64,000 nt of DNA from Octopus sinensis (GCF_006345805.1 NC_043002.1:3100001-3164000), one strand, 5' to 3'; numbered from the stretch's first letter, positions 1 through 11,301 are shown. The notes: generated by a model not told the origin, from the sequence alone. A program made the numbers and translations.

Positions 1-599
1 GGCATGCTAACGATTCTGGCAGCTCGCTGCCTTACTCGCTATGAGTACCATGCAAAACTGAACCCAAAACCATATGAATGCATAGCTTACTGCTCCCACA
101 TGACTGTATCCATGAAGATGTTGGTTTTTAACTCCTTTCATCTTGCAGTTGCCATTTAGGGGTCAGTTGCTAAGCATCTCTAAAATTACACCCACTTGAG
201 GCAACCAGCTTTTCTCTCTGATGCAAGACTTCTTTTTCTGTCCCTCAACACTACTTCCCCTCCCTCAGTTGTCTTGCAAGATATTTGGTGACCCCCTCCC
301 CACTGGCACCAGTGCCACGTAAAAAGCACCCAGACCACATTCTGTAAAGCAGTCGGCATGGCGAAGGGTATCTGGCCATAGAAACCATACCAAAGCAGAC
401 AGCAGGGCTTGGTGCTGTCTTCTGACTTTGCTAGTTCCTGTGGAGCCGTCCAACCCATACCAGCATGGGAAATAGATTTCCAATAGCCTCAGCTAGGTTT
501 GTGTTTGTTGACCAATGAGGTCTTCTGTTGAATCAATGCCCTGGAATACTTCTGCCTACTGAGGAAATACTCAGATGCTGAAGTTGAGAAGTCCCTGAC

Positions 600-1207
600 T
601 GTATTAGTCTTGACTGTGGCACGTAAAAAGCACCAACCGATTGTGGTCGTTGCCAGCCTACCCTGGCACGTATAAAGCACCATCCATATGTGGCCAATGC
701 CAGCGTCGCCTTGACTGGCTTCCGTGTCGGTGGCACATAAAAACTAACTCCAATTGTGGCCGTTGACAGCCTCCCCTGGCACCTGTGCCGGTGACACGTA
801 AAAAGCACCATCCGTATGTGGTCGATGCCAGCGCCACTTTGACTGGCTTCCGTGTCGGTGGCACATAAAAGGCACCAACTGATTGTGGGACTTCCAGCCT
901 CCCCTGGCACCTGTGCCGGTGGCACGTAAAAAGCACCATCCGTATGTGTCGATGCCAGCGCCACTTTGACTGGCTTCCGTGCTGGTGGTACGTAAAAAGC
1001 ACCAACCGATCGTGGCCGATGCCAGCCTCCCCTGGCACCTGTGCCAGTAACACATAAAAAGCACCCACTACACTCACGGAGTGGTTGGCGTTAGGAAGGG
1101 CATCCAGCTGTAGAAACACTGCCAGATCAGACTGGAGCCTGGTGCAGCCTCCTGGCTTCCCAGACTCGTGCTAGCAAGGAAAACGGATGTTAAACGATGA
1201 TGATGAT
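600..1207 (+). mobile_element. 5'-truncated RTE LINE 3' UTR with internal 128-bp dimeric tandem array and (ATG)n tail
   Basis: Same terminal sequence (GGAGTGGTTGGCGTTAGGAAGGGCATCC...GGACGTTAAACGATGATGATG) as follows the RTE ORF at 51780-51940. Eight GGCACGTAAAAAGCACC-like cores at 618-1065. Confidence 0.8.
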
Positions 1208-1292
1208 TGTTTATATATATTTATATAAGTAATGAAGACACATCTGATGAGATCCCAACAAGGATCGAGAACCGGTTAAGATTGTTATTTTA

Positions 1293-1668
1293 GGCGCAGG
1301 AGTGGCTGTGAGGTAAGTAGCTTGCTAACCAACCACATGGTTCCACGTTCAGTCCCACTGCGTGGCACCTTGGGCAAGTGTCTTCTACTATAGCCTCGGG
1401 TCGACCAAAGCCTTGTGACTGGATTTGGTAGACGGAAACTGAAAGAAGCCTGTCATATATATATGTGTGTGTGTCTGTGTTTGTACCCCCCAACATCGCT
1501 TGACAACCGATGCTGGTGTATTTACATCCCCGTAACTTAGCGGTTCGGCAAAACAGACCAATAGAATAAGTACTAGGCTTCCAAAGAATAAGTCCTGGGG
1601 TCGAGTTGCTCGTTTAAAGGCGGTGTTCCAGCATGGCCGCAGTCAAATGACTGAAACAAGTAAAAGAG
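1293..1668 (+). mobile_element. tRNA-derived SINE, family A (full length)
   Basis: A-box-like GTGGCTGTGAGGTAAG and B-box-like GTTCAGTCCC, internal (TA)/(TG) tract, tail GAAACAAGTAAAAGAG. Near-identical to 2770-3150 (-) and 27631-28018 (+). Confidence 0.85.
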
Positions 1669-1879
1669 TATGTATAATATGTGTGGGGTGTATATTTAAA
1701 TCAGTATGTTTATCTGTGTGAATGGTTTTCCTTGTTTCTGTTTTCATTTTTTTTTCTTTTGTTTGTGTCTGTGTGTCCAGGGCTGTACTGCCAACAAACA
1801 TGCCAATACACTCTAACCAATGTATTGAGATCTACTTTAATGATTCAACTATATAAAATGTAGAAATAATACATTTCTA

Positions 1880-2210
1880 AATATCTCAGGGAGATATTAG
1901 CAGCGGTGGTACAATAGAGCAGTTGTATACTGTCAACTTAACGTGACAGTCCCATGAAGGGAATCACACCACCGCTATTTAACCCTAGGAAGCATCAACG
2001 CATCCTGTCGGTCTTGACACATTTCCTGTGTCCTTATGTTTACAAAGGGGAGACAAGCACCTCCATCCAACTAAGCCTGCATCCAGAGACTAGTTTCTGA
2101 GTCTCGTTCGTCATCAGTCTGGACTAGCATGGCTTGATAGCTGAAGTTGCCTGTCTAGACCTTGTAAACATATATAATACAAGGTCTAGACAAGCATCTG
2201 CAGCTAGCTT
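1880..2210 (-). mobile_element. Small highly structured element hosting the hammerhead (PLE pseudo-LTR or retrozyme-like remnant)
   Basis: Stacked hairpins at 1880-1898, 1902-1976 and 2138-2206 flank the hammerhead motif. No ORF. Confidence 0.4.
2082..2123 (-). ncRNA. Candidate minimal type I hammerhead ribozyme (Penelope/retrozyme-type)
   Basis: Minus strand reads UCCAGA-CUGAUGA-cgaacgagacuca-GAAA-CUA-GUC-UCUGGA. This gives a 6-bp stem I, an intact CUGAUGA/GAAA core, palindromic ACUAGU stem III and a GUC cleavage triplet. Stem II is poor (closing pair C.A). Confidence 0.6.
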
Positions 2211-2769
2211 ATGGTATATACGTGTGTAAAATATGTTCACTTGCCAGTGTAGTGTATACATGTGTATATGCTTGTATGGATGTGTGTGCATAGAATAATT
2301 ATGAAGTAATTGTATTTCTGCTGACATATAATATTATGTATATTTATATTATCATCTATGGATGTGTCCGTATTTGCAAGCAGTTCATTTGATTTACATA
2401 TGTCAGTTTGAGTGTCCTGTAGTGTACACACACACACACACAGATTTAAGTTTATACAGAATGGAACAAACAAGCTTTAATCACAAATCACAACAATTGT
2501 TTCTGTGCATTGGTAACAGCTGTTGCTGAGTTTTCCATATTATGTAAATAAATAAATATCTAGCAGCAGCTGTGTACCCACACATCATCAGGGGAGTGGC
2601 TTTGAGGGTGCTGCTGGATCACATTCAGTTTCCCATTGTTTTGGACCCATAACCTTATAGGAACTTTGAAATTCATGTTATGAAGTTATTACCCAGATGA
2701 TATTAAATAAGTGTGTGTGTGTGTTATACATTTTCTCTTAAAACCACTCTGTTTATTGAGTAAGCTCGT

Positions 2770-3150
2770 TTACTCTTTTTACTCTTTTACATGTTTCAGT
2801 CATTTGACTGCGGCCATGCTGGAGCACCGCCTTTAGTCAAGCAAATCGACCCCGGGACTTATTCTTTGTAAGCCCAGTACTTATTCTATCGGTCTCTTTT
2901 GCTGAACCGCTAAGTGACGGGGACGTAAACACACCAGCATCGGTTGTCAAGCAATGCTAGGGGTACAAACACAGACACACACATATATACGACAGGCTTC
3001 TTTCAGTTTCCATCTACCAAATCCACTCACAAGGCATTGGTCGGCCCAGGGCTATAGCAGAAGACACTTGCCCAAGATTCCACGCAGTGGGACTGAACCC
3101 AGAACCATGTGGTTGGTTAGCAAGCTACTTACCAAACAGCCACTCCTGCT
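2770..3150 (-). mobile_element. tRNA-derived SINE, family A (full length)
   Basis: Reverse complement of the 1293-1668 copy along its length. Confidence 0.85.
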
Positions 3151-3249
3151 ATTCAAAATTTTAAACTTTTCATGTGACGCTGCAACAAATATTTGATTAA
3201 CCATTTCAGAAACAATTGAACTCACCTCATATAACATACTCGGTTTTGT

Positions 3250-4315
3250 ATCAGTTTGATAAGTGCCATGCATGAAAGCCTTTGAATCACTTTTATGACT
3301 TTTCTGCCCATTCAAAATTAAGATAAATGTGTGTGTGTGTCCTTCTTTTGACATCTCACAACTGCTGTAAACAAACCTCACAATTCTTTGTTCTACAACA
3401 TTGAAGAATTACATCATTACTTTTCAAAATGCAATTCATGGTGTCTGATTATATTGTGATTTTCCTCTTATAAATCAACTTTTGTGAACCCATGGATAGA
3501 TCAAAAATTTGTGTTGTTTATGAATATGAGTTCCATTGTGGAACCAATGCATCCCAGACAGTTCGAAACATCAATGAGGTGTTTGGTGAAGATGTGGCAA
3601 ATGAGTGCACTGTACGTCGATGGTTTGAGAGGTTTGGGTCTGGTGACTTTACTCTTGAAAAGCAGCCCCATGGTAGACCTGAGACCAAGGTGGAGAATGA
3701 TGAGCTAGAAACTGTAGTGGCAGGGGATACATCTCAAACTACCCATAAGTTAGCAGCAAGGTTTGATGTTTCGATTCCAACTGTATTGGACCAACTGAAA
3801 CAAATCAGCAAAGTAAAGAAGCTGGACAAGATGGGTACCACACGAACTGAACGAATATCAAATGGCTCGTCGTCTTTAAGCTTGCTGTTCTTTGCTGTCA
3901 TGGCATAAAAGCGAACCATTTTTGCATAGTATTGTTATGCATGATGAAAAATGGATTCTATTCAACAATAGCAAGTGTTCTGCACAGTGGTTGGATAGAG
4001 ACAAAGTGCCAAAGCACAATCCAAAAAGACTATTGGAATTACTCTGTCATCCACCATATTCACCAGACCTTGCACCAACTGACTATCACGTTTTCCAGGC
4101 ATTAGACAAACTTTTGCAAGATAAAATCTTCAAATCTGAAGAAGATGCAAAAACAGCCTTTCGTGATTTCATCTCCTTTTGCTCTCCAGAATTCTTCGCT
4201 GCTGCCAGCATAAATAAGCTGCCAATAAAATGGCAAAATTGTGTTGACAATTTAAGGGATTACTTTGATTAGCTGCATTGCTCAAAATTGGACAATTCAT
4301 TCTTAATGACCTGAT
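3250..4315 (+). mobile_element. Decayed mariner transposon with internal deletion
   Basis: ORF 3492-3908 gives the HTH region (INEVFGEDVANECTVRRWFERF). WVPHEL is frameshifted at about 3832. ORF 3892-4272 has HDEKW and HPPYSPDLAPTDYH, but the second catalytic Asp region is missing. Degenerate TIRs ATCAGTTTGATAAG / CTTAATGACCTGAT. Confidence 0.88.
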
Positions 4316-5210
4316 GCGGCAGCTGAGGATGGAGGTATGGCTGTGGAATTGTATTGTAACACCTCCTTTTGATATATAAGAAAACTTACTAAACTTGGTT
4401 AGTGGTTGTCAGCATATGTATCTATATGTTCACTGATACATATTTATCTGTTGCTGGGAAATCAGGTTTATTCTCTATGCAGTGACATTCTTTTTCTTAA
4501 TGTCCTTCTAGTGTGTCCAACAAAATTCTCTTCATATCCTGTACAAATTTGGATGTAAGTTAAAATTCTGGAAGCACTGATTAAAAATCAAGATTTTGAA
4601 ACATTGCCCTTACTTAAAGATGAAATTCTTAAACTTTAGATAACACAAACTCTATGCTAGGATCCCCCACCACACCCTTTCACTGTTGGTTCTTTTGTTA
4701 TTGAATATAATTTAGCAGCTTTAATGATTGTGGTTGTCCTTCATATTCTGTAATTGTATTTCTACTTCAATATGTTTTAAAGAATAGAATTAAAGTCTTT
4801 GATCGTTTCTTGGAATGTAAGCAGATATATTGCTTAGCATCTCTCCATTTCCAGCTTGCTGTTCTTGTTTTGCTTATCTTTCGATCTGGATATCAATTAT
4901 TTCTGCTCCCTGCATCTTCCCATCTATCAAGGAAGGAAGATAATGTCTGTCGATAAGTAGATCTTCAAGTTCTTCAAATGGTTTATTGCAGTATTTATAT
5001 CAGACACAGATTCTACTTTTTCTTCTGACGAAATCAAAAGCATTTCTTTTCGAGTGGGTTTAATGCCTTACCATTCAGTTGATTCCTCTCTCAAATGGAA
5101 TCCTTTATTTCTTCTTCAAACTGTTTTGAATTAATCTCTGCATTCTTTCACAGCTTTCATATTCCAACGATGTCTTGTCTGCGGCCGATTATGAATTGAA
5201 TCTTTATTAT

Positions 5211-5700
5211 TCATTACAGTGGATTGACAGAATCGGTGGAGCATCAAAGTAAATGCCTCAGAGTATTTCTTCCAACCGTTTATCTTCAAAGTTCAAATCT
5301 GACTGAAGTCCATTTTGCCTTTCAACTCTTCTTCTTCTTCTCTCCTCCTCCTCCTTTTTCAAATGGTCTGGCCTTAGGCAGGTCCTGTCCATGTGAACCT
5401 TCTCCAGCCCTCTCTGACCTCTGCTGTCCTCTTCATCGACTGATCTAACTTCCTCTTCCTAATATCATCCATCATAATTGCTCTCCTCCCTCTCACACTT
5501 TCCCCCTGTAATCTTCCCCCTATCACTTTGTACAAAAACCCTTCTAATCTCATAATATGTCCTATTCAGTTTGCTTTCCTTCTCCACATGGTATCCATCA
5601 AACCTCATTCCTCTCCGACTCTCTTATACTGGGGTTAATGGAATCAACCAAACCCTCCCATCAAAGTGGCTGGCATTCTGCCTAAATTAGAAATAATTAT
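5211..5700 (+). mobile_element. SINE family B copy split by an RTE insertion
   Basis: Head and body at 5211-5330 and tail at 5628-5700 match family B; an RTE fragment lies between them. Confidence 0.6.
5330..5627 (-). mobile_element. RTE-clade (BovB-like) LINE 3' end fragment
   Basis: Minus translation RRKAN*IGHIMRLEGFLYKVIGGRLQGESVRGRR..MDDIRK..MKRTAEVREGWRR matches the RTE C-terminus, followed by an (AGG)n(AAG)n tail. Confidence 0.65.
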
Positions 5701-6059
5701 GTCTTGCATTGAGTAACATTTTTAATTTCCTTTAATTTTCTCTTCCAAAGAATAAAGCGTTTGTCTCGAAATCTCTTCTGGTTCTCTCTTTTATGTCTGA
5801 AAGTGTTTCCATGTTTTTGTAGCTATTTTTGATCATCTGTAATTCTCAAATACCCCAAAACCAAATTAACATCAGACATGTAATAATCATTTTGGAGAAT
5901 AAATTATAATCCTTCAGTTGTACTTTTGCCACATATTTTGATTGGACTTCAAAATTAAAACTGCTCCTCTACCATAGTTTGCTTATAAATTCATTGCATC
6001 AAATGACACAGTTTTTCTTTTCTTTTTTCCTTTGCCCATTTATGGAAGAGGGTTTAACA

Positions 6060-6300
6060 TACTGTAAAACTCATGTAATTTGCACACAGGTGATTTTTAG
6101 GATAAAATTTTTTAAAAAGGACTTCTACTCGTGTAAAATTCACACCCAAAAGTTTTCAGAATTGCTGATATACCCAGGGGAAAAAGGTTTTCAATTCAGT
6201 TGTATTTAGCATAATTTCACTTATTAGATTTTATTAAATTTTCATTAAATAGAAATAATTTCTGCTTAGCAGGTATCACACCAGTTTGAAACCATTTTTT
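6060..6300. repeat. Unclassified interspersed repeat, also at 57645-57790
   Basis: Shared CATGTAAAATTCACACCCAAAAGTTTTCAG...GTTGTATTTAGCATAATTTCACTTATT...CAGGTATCAC. Confidence 0.7.
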
Positions 6301-8689
6301 AGTTGTGTGATTTGTCAAATGTGGCACCAACCCAAAATAAAATCTATACACACACAGATAGGTGTATGTTTAAAATATTCCATAGACATTTGTTTTTCAT
6401 GTCTATGAGTATAGGATACATTATGACAAATCATTTAATTCTAACAAGTTTTTGTTGCAGAGGGGTTGCCTACGGCCAGAGTGGGAAGCTGGACTTGAAA
6501 TGCTCCGGGTGTATAGGAATACACCCGTTGCCATGAACTGGTCAGATAACTCATTGCAAGTAATAGTTATGTAATCAGAGCTGTGATGAGGAAGACATGG
6601 TAGTTTGAGTAAGAAGAGGATGGGAAAATATTCTAGGAAATGTTGGTGCTCTAACCAACAAAGAATTTCACTTCCTACAAAAAAAAATCTTCCATCAGTG
6701 AAGAATGTAAAACATGATAGAGAGAGAAATAAGGTAAATGTAGAGTATGTTGTGTTAATTAGCTAATTAGCATAAATGAGAGTGAGAGCATTTGAGAGTT
6801 GAGAGTAATTTGGTGTGAAATGGCATTGAATGGCATATGTAGAAGAAATAATGGCATTGAATATTTCTTCTACCCCAGAATAAACAAATAAATACTGGGT
6901 GGAAATGTCTGTTTTTATTGACAATAAAAGACGGAAACAATAGACTGAGGGGTGGGGGTGATGAGTTCTTCAATTTCTGCTGCAGAATTTTAATCTAATC
7001 CAATAAAGAAAAAAAATGGACAATAAATATTAAAATGCTGGTGAGAAGAAGGTAGTAATAATGATAATAACAATTCTTCACATTCAGTCACTGAAGTAGA
7101 ACTATCTTTCCACTTGGCTGATAATTTCAAACATTCTAAAATATATCGAAAACAATTTTGAAATCTTTCACTGACTATTCCAAACATTCTTTGAAATCAA
7201 TTTTCTCATCAATTTCTGTTACTTTTTAATGTTACCGATTTATTTTGATAGCATTAGGGAGAAGGAATTTTTGCATTAAGGAATTTCACTTAAAGGTCTT
7301 TGGAAGTATTTCACCTAAAAATTCAACAAGTTGCAAAAATGGTTAAACTAAGATTGCTTTTCAAATTCTATCAAGAAGATTGCATGGGATTCTAGTTTTT
7401 TATTCCTTTATTGAACCTAAATTTTTGCTTGTTAATTCTTCATGAAGACAATGTGAGCTGTGAGACTCCCTTCCTCTTTTTACCTCCACATCAATAAGGT
7501 GCCCACATGGTTGTATGGTTTAGAAGTATTCTTCCCAAGCACATGGTTTCTGGTTCAATCTTACTGTGTGGCACCTTGGACAGCCTCAGTAACAACAGAT
7601 ACGATGTAATTAGGAAATGTTAGTTGTTGGGGAATTTCAATCTGTGTCTCTGCCTCGTCTCTCACTTCTTTGATACAGAGTTTAAATTCCTTTCTAACAA
7701 TGGTGCTGCCAGATGGAATGGTGAGCTACAAAGGGTTTCCCCTTTTGAGCAGTTCCTCTTGATCTTCTTGAACCTTTTTTCTTAGGTTTCTCTGAAAATA
7801 CATTTTCTTTGTTTTGATTCACTTTGAAATTAATGAAGACTTTAGTAAAATAACGATGCTCTCATTAAAATGGTGTTTGGGACACAAACTAACATGAAAT
7901 TTGGATAGAAGGTTTCCACATATCCCTTTTAAGCAAGAAATTTGTATTGTGGAACCAAGAGTAATTTCTGGCATTTTGCTATCAAAAGGGTTAACGTGAT
8001 CTTCACTTTTTCATCCATTTCATTTGCCTGTCTATAAAAGACAGGAACCAGACCATAATTGACAAGAGTTGGAACCACCTCAGTACCCATGTAATGAGGG
8101 TTTTCTGGTTTTGGTTCCACAGCAGACATCTGCCTCAGACACAAAGAGTCTTGATATGATAACTGTGTAGAAGGCTTTGTTTCTTAGCCATACAAGACAG
8201 TGACTACCTAGGAGACAAGGAATTTGGTATTCGAATTCTTTAGAAAGACATTCTAAGCCTTTCAAATGATGCCAAGATTTATTTGAGACAGTTTAGATTT
8301 CTTCCTTCAGCGTCCAGTCAAAAAGGATGTTCTTGGGATCTCTAAAATCAATCAACTGCATCCAAATTCTCACTGCTACTGAGGAAGCAGGGTTGAGAAA
8401 ATGTAGCTTCATATTGGCATGTGACCCTTTTTTTCCTGATTTGGTCATCTCCAACAACAGTACTTAGAGATTGATGATGGGGGAGGGAGCTTCTGGATTG
8501 TAAGCTGCCAGGGTGTAATCTATTGACTCATTATAGCCTATTAATCTGCTCAAGTCAGAAATGGTTTGATTTTGAAGATGTGAACATTTCCCAGTCTTTC
8601 TCTTTTGGTAATTCTCCATAACCGTTTAGTCCACCCTGAAGAATCTCAAAACCAGCCATTCAGCCTTGCCACATAACTGCTGCTGCTGC

Positions 8690-8945
8690 TACTCATCATC
8701 ATCATCATCATCGTTTAATGTCCGTTTTCCATGCTGGCATGGGTTGGACGGTTCAACCGGGGTTTGGGAAGCCAGGAGGCTGCACCAGGCTCCAGTCTGA
8801 TCTGGCAGTGTTTCTACAGATGGATGCCCTTCCTAAAGCCAACCACTCTGAGTGTATAGTGGGTGCTTTTTACGTGCCACTGGCACAGATGCCAGGCAAG
8901 GCTGGCAATGGCCACGATCAGTTGGTGCTTTTTATGTGCCACCAT
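8690..8945 (-). mobile_element. RTE 3' UTR tail copy
   Basis: Reverse complement of the 1040-1207 terminus, with (CAT)n at 8693-8713. Confidence 0.8.
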
Positions 8946-9324
8946 TTATACTAAATAGCTCACCCCTTTCTCCACTCCTAATTCGGGTGGTGGGTATCAA
9001 TCTTGCATAGAAATAATTGATGGAGAAGATTCACAAATTTTCTGAAAGCTACCACAGAACCTCCCTGCTTGCGGTTTGCAAGATCCACAAATAACAGTGA
9101 CTGTTTTGCTTTCTAAAGTTGCCCCAGCTTTTCTCTTGAGCTGCCTTGTCAAGGTCATGGAAACTGTGCCCCAGTGTTTGAGAAATCCTCTGTGATGGGG
9201 GGATCTTATTCGATATTGGTTTTCAGTTCAATCCCACCGCATGGCACCTTGAGTCTTCTACAATATCTTTGTGATGAAATTTGGGAGATGGAAACTATTT
9301 GGAAGCCTATGTTTGTTTGTGTGT

Positions 9325-9329
9325 GTGTG

Positions 9330-9403
<74 letters not shown>
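9325..9403. repeat. Compound (GT)n(TA)n(CA)n microsatellite
   Basis: Read directly from the sequence. Confidence 0.95.
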
Positions 9404-9406
<3 letters not shown>

Positions 9407-9892
9407 ATTTGTTTTAGTCATTAGACTGTGGCCATGCTGGGGCACCATCTTGAATTTTTAGTCAAATGATTCAACTCCAGTACTTTTCTTTTTCAAGCCT
9501 GGTATTTATTCTTTCAGTCTCTTTTGCTGAACTGTTAAGTTTCCCCATAAACATATCAACACTGGTTGTCAAGGAGAATGGAGGACAAACACACACACAC
9601 ATAGATATATATCTGTTATATAAAAGCGAGTGTATATAGTTATATATGTGTGCTTAGCCCCAAAAGGCTCTGAAACCGTGCCTCCTCAAGAGAAACGAAT
9701 TTCATTTTCAAAATCCATGTCCCAAAAAACAAGGTTGTCCAAAAATGATAATTAAAAAATATATAATTTCCTATGAGAAATTAGCCGACTTTTAGACTGA
9801 CAACTATCCTGTTCTGTCTGTCATCATCAATTTCTCTCTATTATTTACCACACTTATCTCTCTCTCTCTCTCTCTGTATGTGTGTATGTATG

Positions 9893-9927
<35 letters not shown>

Positions 9928-10204
9928 GCAAATGCACCTGTCCTCTGGATGGTTTAAGTTGCTTTGGTGGTATTTTTTGCCAAATAATTGAACTACTACC
10001 AAGAAGATTTATGAGTAACACGGCAATCTATGTTTCCGATTACCCTAGGAATGGAAAACCAAATTGAAGGCTGGTTGTTGTGGAGGTCATTGCACTTTGA
10101 TTATCATAGAACATAATAAGTTTGCAAGTGATGTAAAGTAGAGCTACTGAAGTGTTTGGGGAGTAGATTGCAGATAATGATTACAAAATATAGTTGTTTT
10201 ACAT

Positions 10205-10330
10205 CAGTGGTTTCCAAAATGGGTGGTATTGCTCCCCTGGGGGCAGTGGAAAGTTCCAAGGAAGTGTTGAAGAAAAGTGGGGCGATAATGGGGTAGCAAT
10301 TCATGTAAAAACAACAAAATAATGGGTTCA
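10205..10330 (+). mobile_element. hAT-type MITE left end (partial)
   Basis: Starts CAGTGGTTTCCAAAATGGG, typical of hAT/Charlie termini. No matching right TIR found. Confidence 0.4.
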
Positions 10331-10580
10331 TTAGTTTAAGTTTTATTTGTGAAATACAGTTGTTTTGAATCTGCTTCAGAAAGAGGTCTGTGTTTGTGAC
10401 GGTTTACCCTACATTACAAAAGAACTATGGACATACAATGTATTACGCGGGAGCTCTGGGGAAAATGTTATAGTGTATGACTATCATTTGGACATAAGTA
10501 ATGTGTGAGTTAAGTTTGGTGAAAATCAGTTGAGAATTGTGGACATGTATGCATTAGTCAATATACACACACATACTGTG

Positions 10581-10619
<39 letters not shown>

Positions 10620-10620
<1 letters not shown>

Positions 10621-10995
10621 TAACAGTATTGCCCGGCGTTGCTCGGGTTTGTAAGGGAAATAACTATATAAGCATTTTTAGAGATGTAACGTATAATAGC
10701 CATCTCAATATGGCTAACCAGCTTTTTACGTTCTGAGATTTAATAATAAATTTTTAGAGAGTTACTTCCCTTATATATGCCAAAAATGCATTAAAAATGG
10801 AAAAAATTGATGGTAAATTTTTTTTTAAATCATAGACTCATCGTAGACGTGCGCTAATACTCAGAAGGGCTCGATATGAATCACGACTATAAGATACCTG
10901 GTTTTGGTTAAACTGCACCGCAAAATGTGGGAGTAGTTAGGAATCTAAATCGTAGGAGACAGACAGACACACAACCTCTCTTTTATATATAAAAA
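10620..10995 (-). mobile_element. Non-autonomous Helitron
   Basis: Minus 5' end TTTATATATAAAAGAGAGG followed by (GTCT)n. The 3' end has a CCCGAGCAACGCCGGG hairpin followed by TTAGT (degenerate CTAG/T). Confidence 0.65.
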
Positions 10996-11301
10996 TATAT
11001 AAATATATTTATCCCTCTTATCTCTCACACATTGCTTTCATTTTGGCCAAACTTCATTTTCTAATGTTTACTTTGATTTTATCACACCTATCACATACAA
11101 ATCGCTGTTTTCTGATTAAGAATGATTAAACCTCTGTAACATTTTTCTAAAATTTCAGCATGAAACTGCATGAAAATAGCAAATTTGAAAATTTTCATTT
11201 AATTTTAAGATTTCAAAATCTGTGACAGCAACAGAGATCGATTTGTTTCTCACCCTCATTTTTCGTTTTTACTCAGGGTAAACTTGTTCCTTCTCTGTAT
11301 T

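Noticed and set aside
618-1065. CRISPR-like repeat-spacer appearance
   Set aside because: The linkers are recurring A/B units rather than unique spacers, the context is a eukaryotic LINE UTR, and there are no cas genes.
533-1119. Overlapping 106-153 aa minus-strand ORFs with repeated GAFYVP/GWCFLR motifs
   Set aside because: They are antisense readings of the RTE UTR tandem array, open in several frames only because the unit lacks stops. The same holds for 51050-51715.
7625-7725. Possible HRG1 exon 1 ending ...NNGAARWN G|GTGAG
   Set aside because: There is no hydrophobic TM1 or start codon. The nearby LVVGEF resembles a decayed LINE endonuclease motif.
9174-9461. ORFs with YIYI/CVCV/THTH runs (also 23029-23663, 28826-29077)
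   Set aside because: They are translations of dinucleotide microsatellites.
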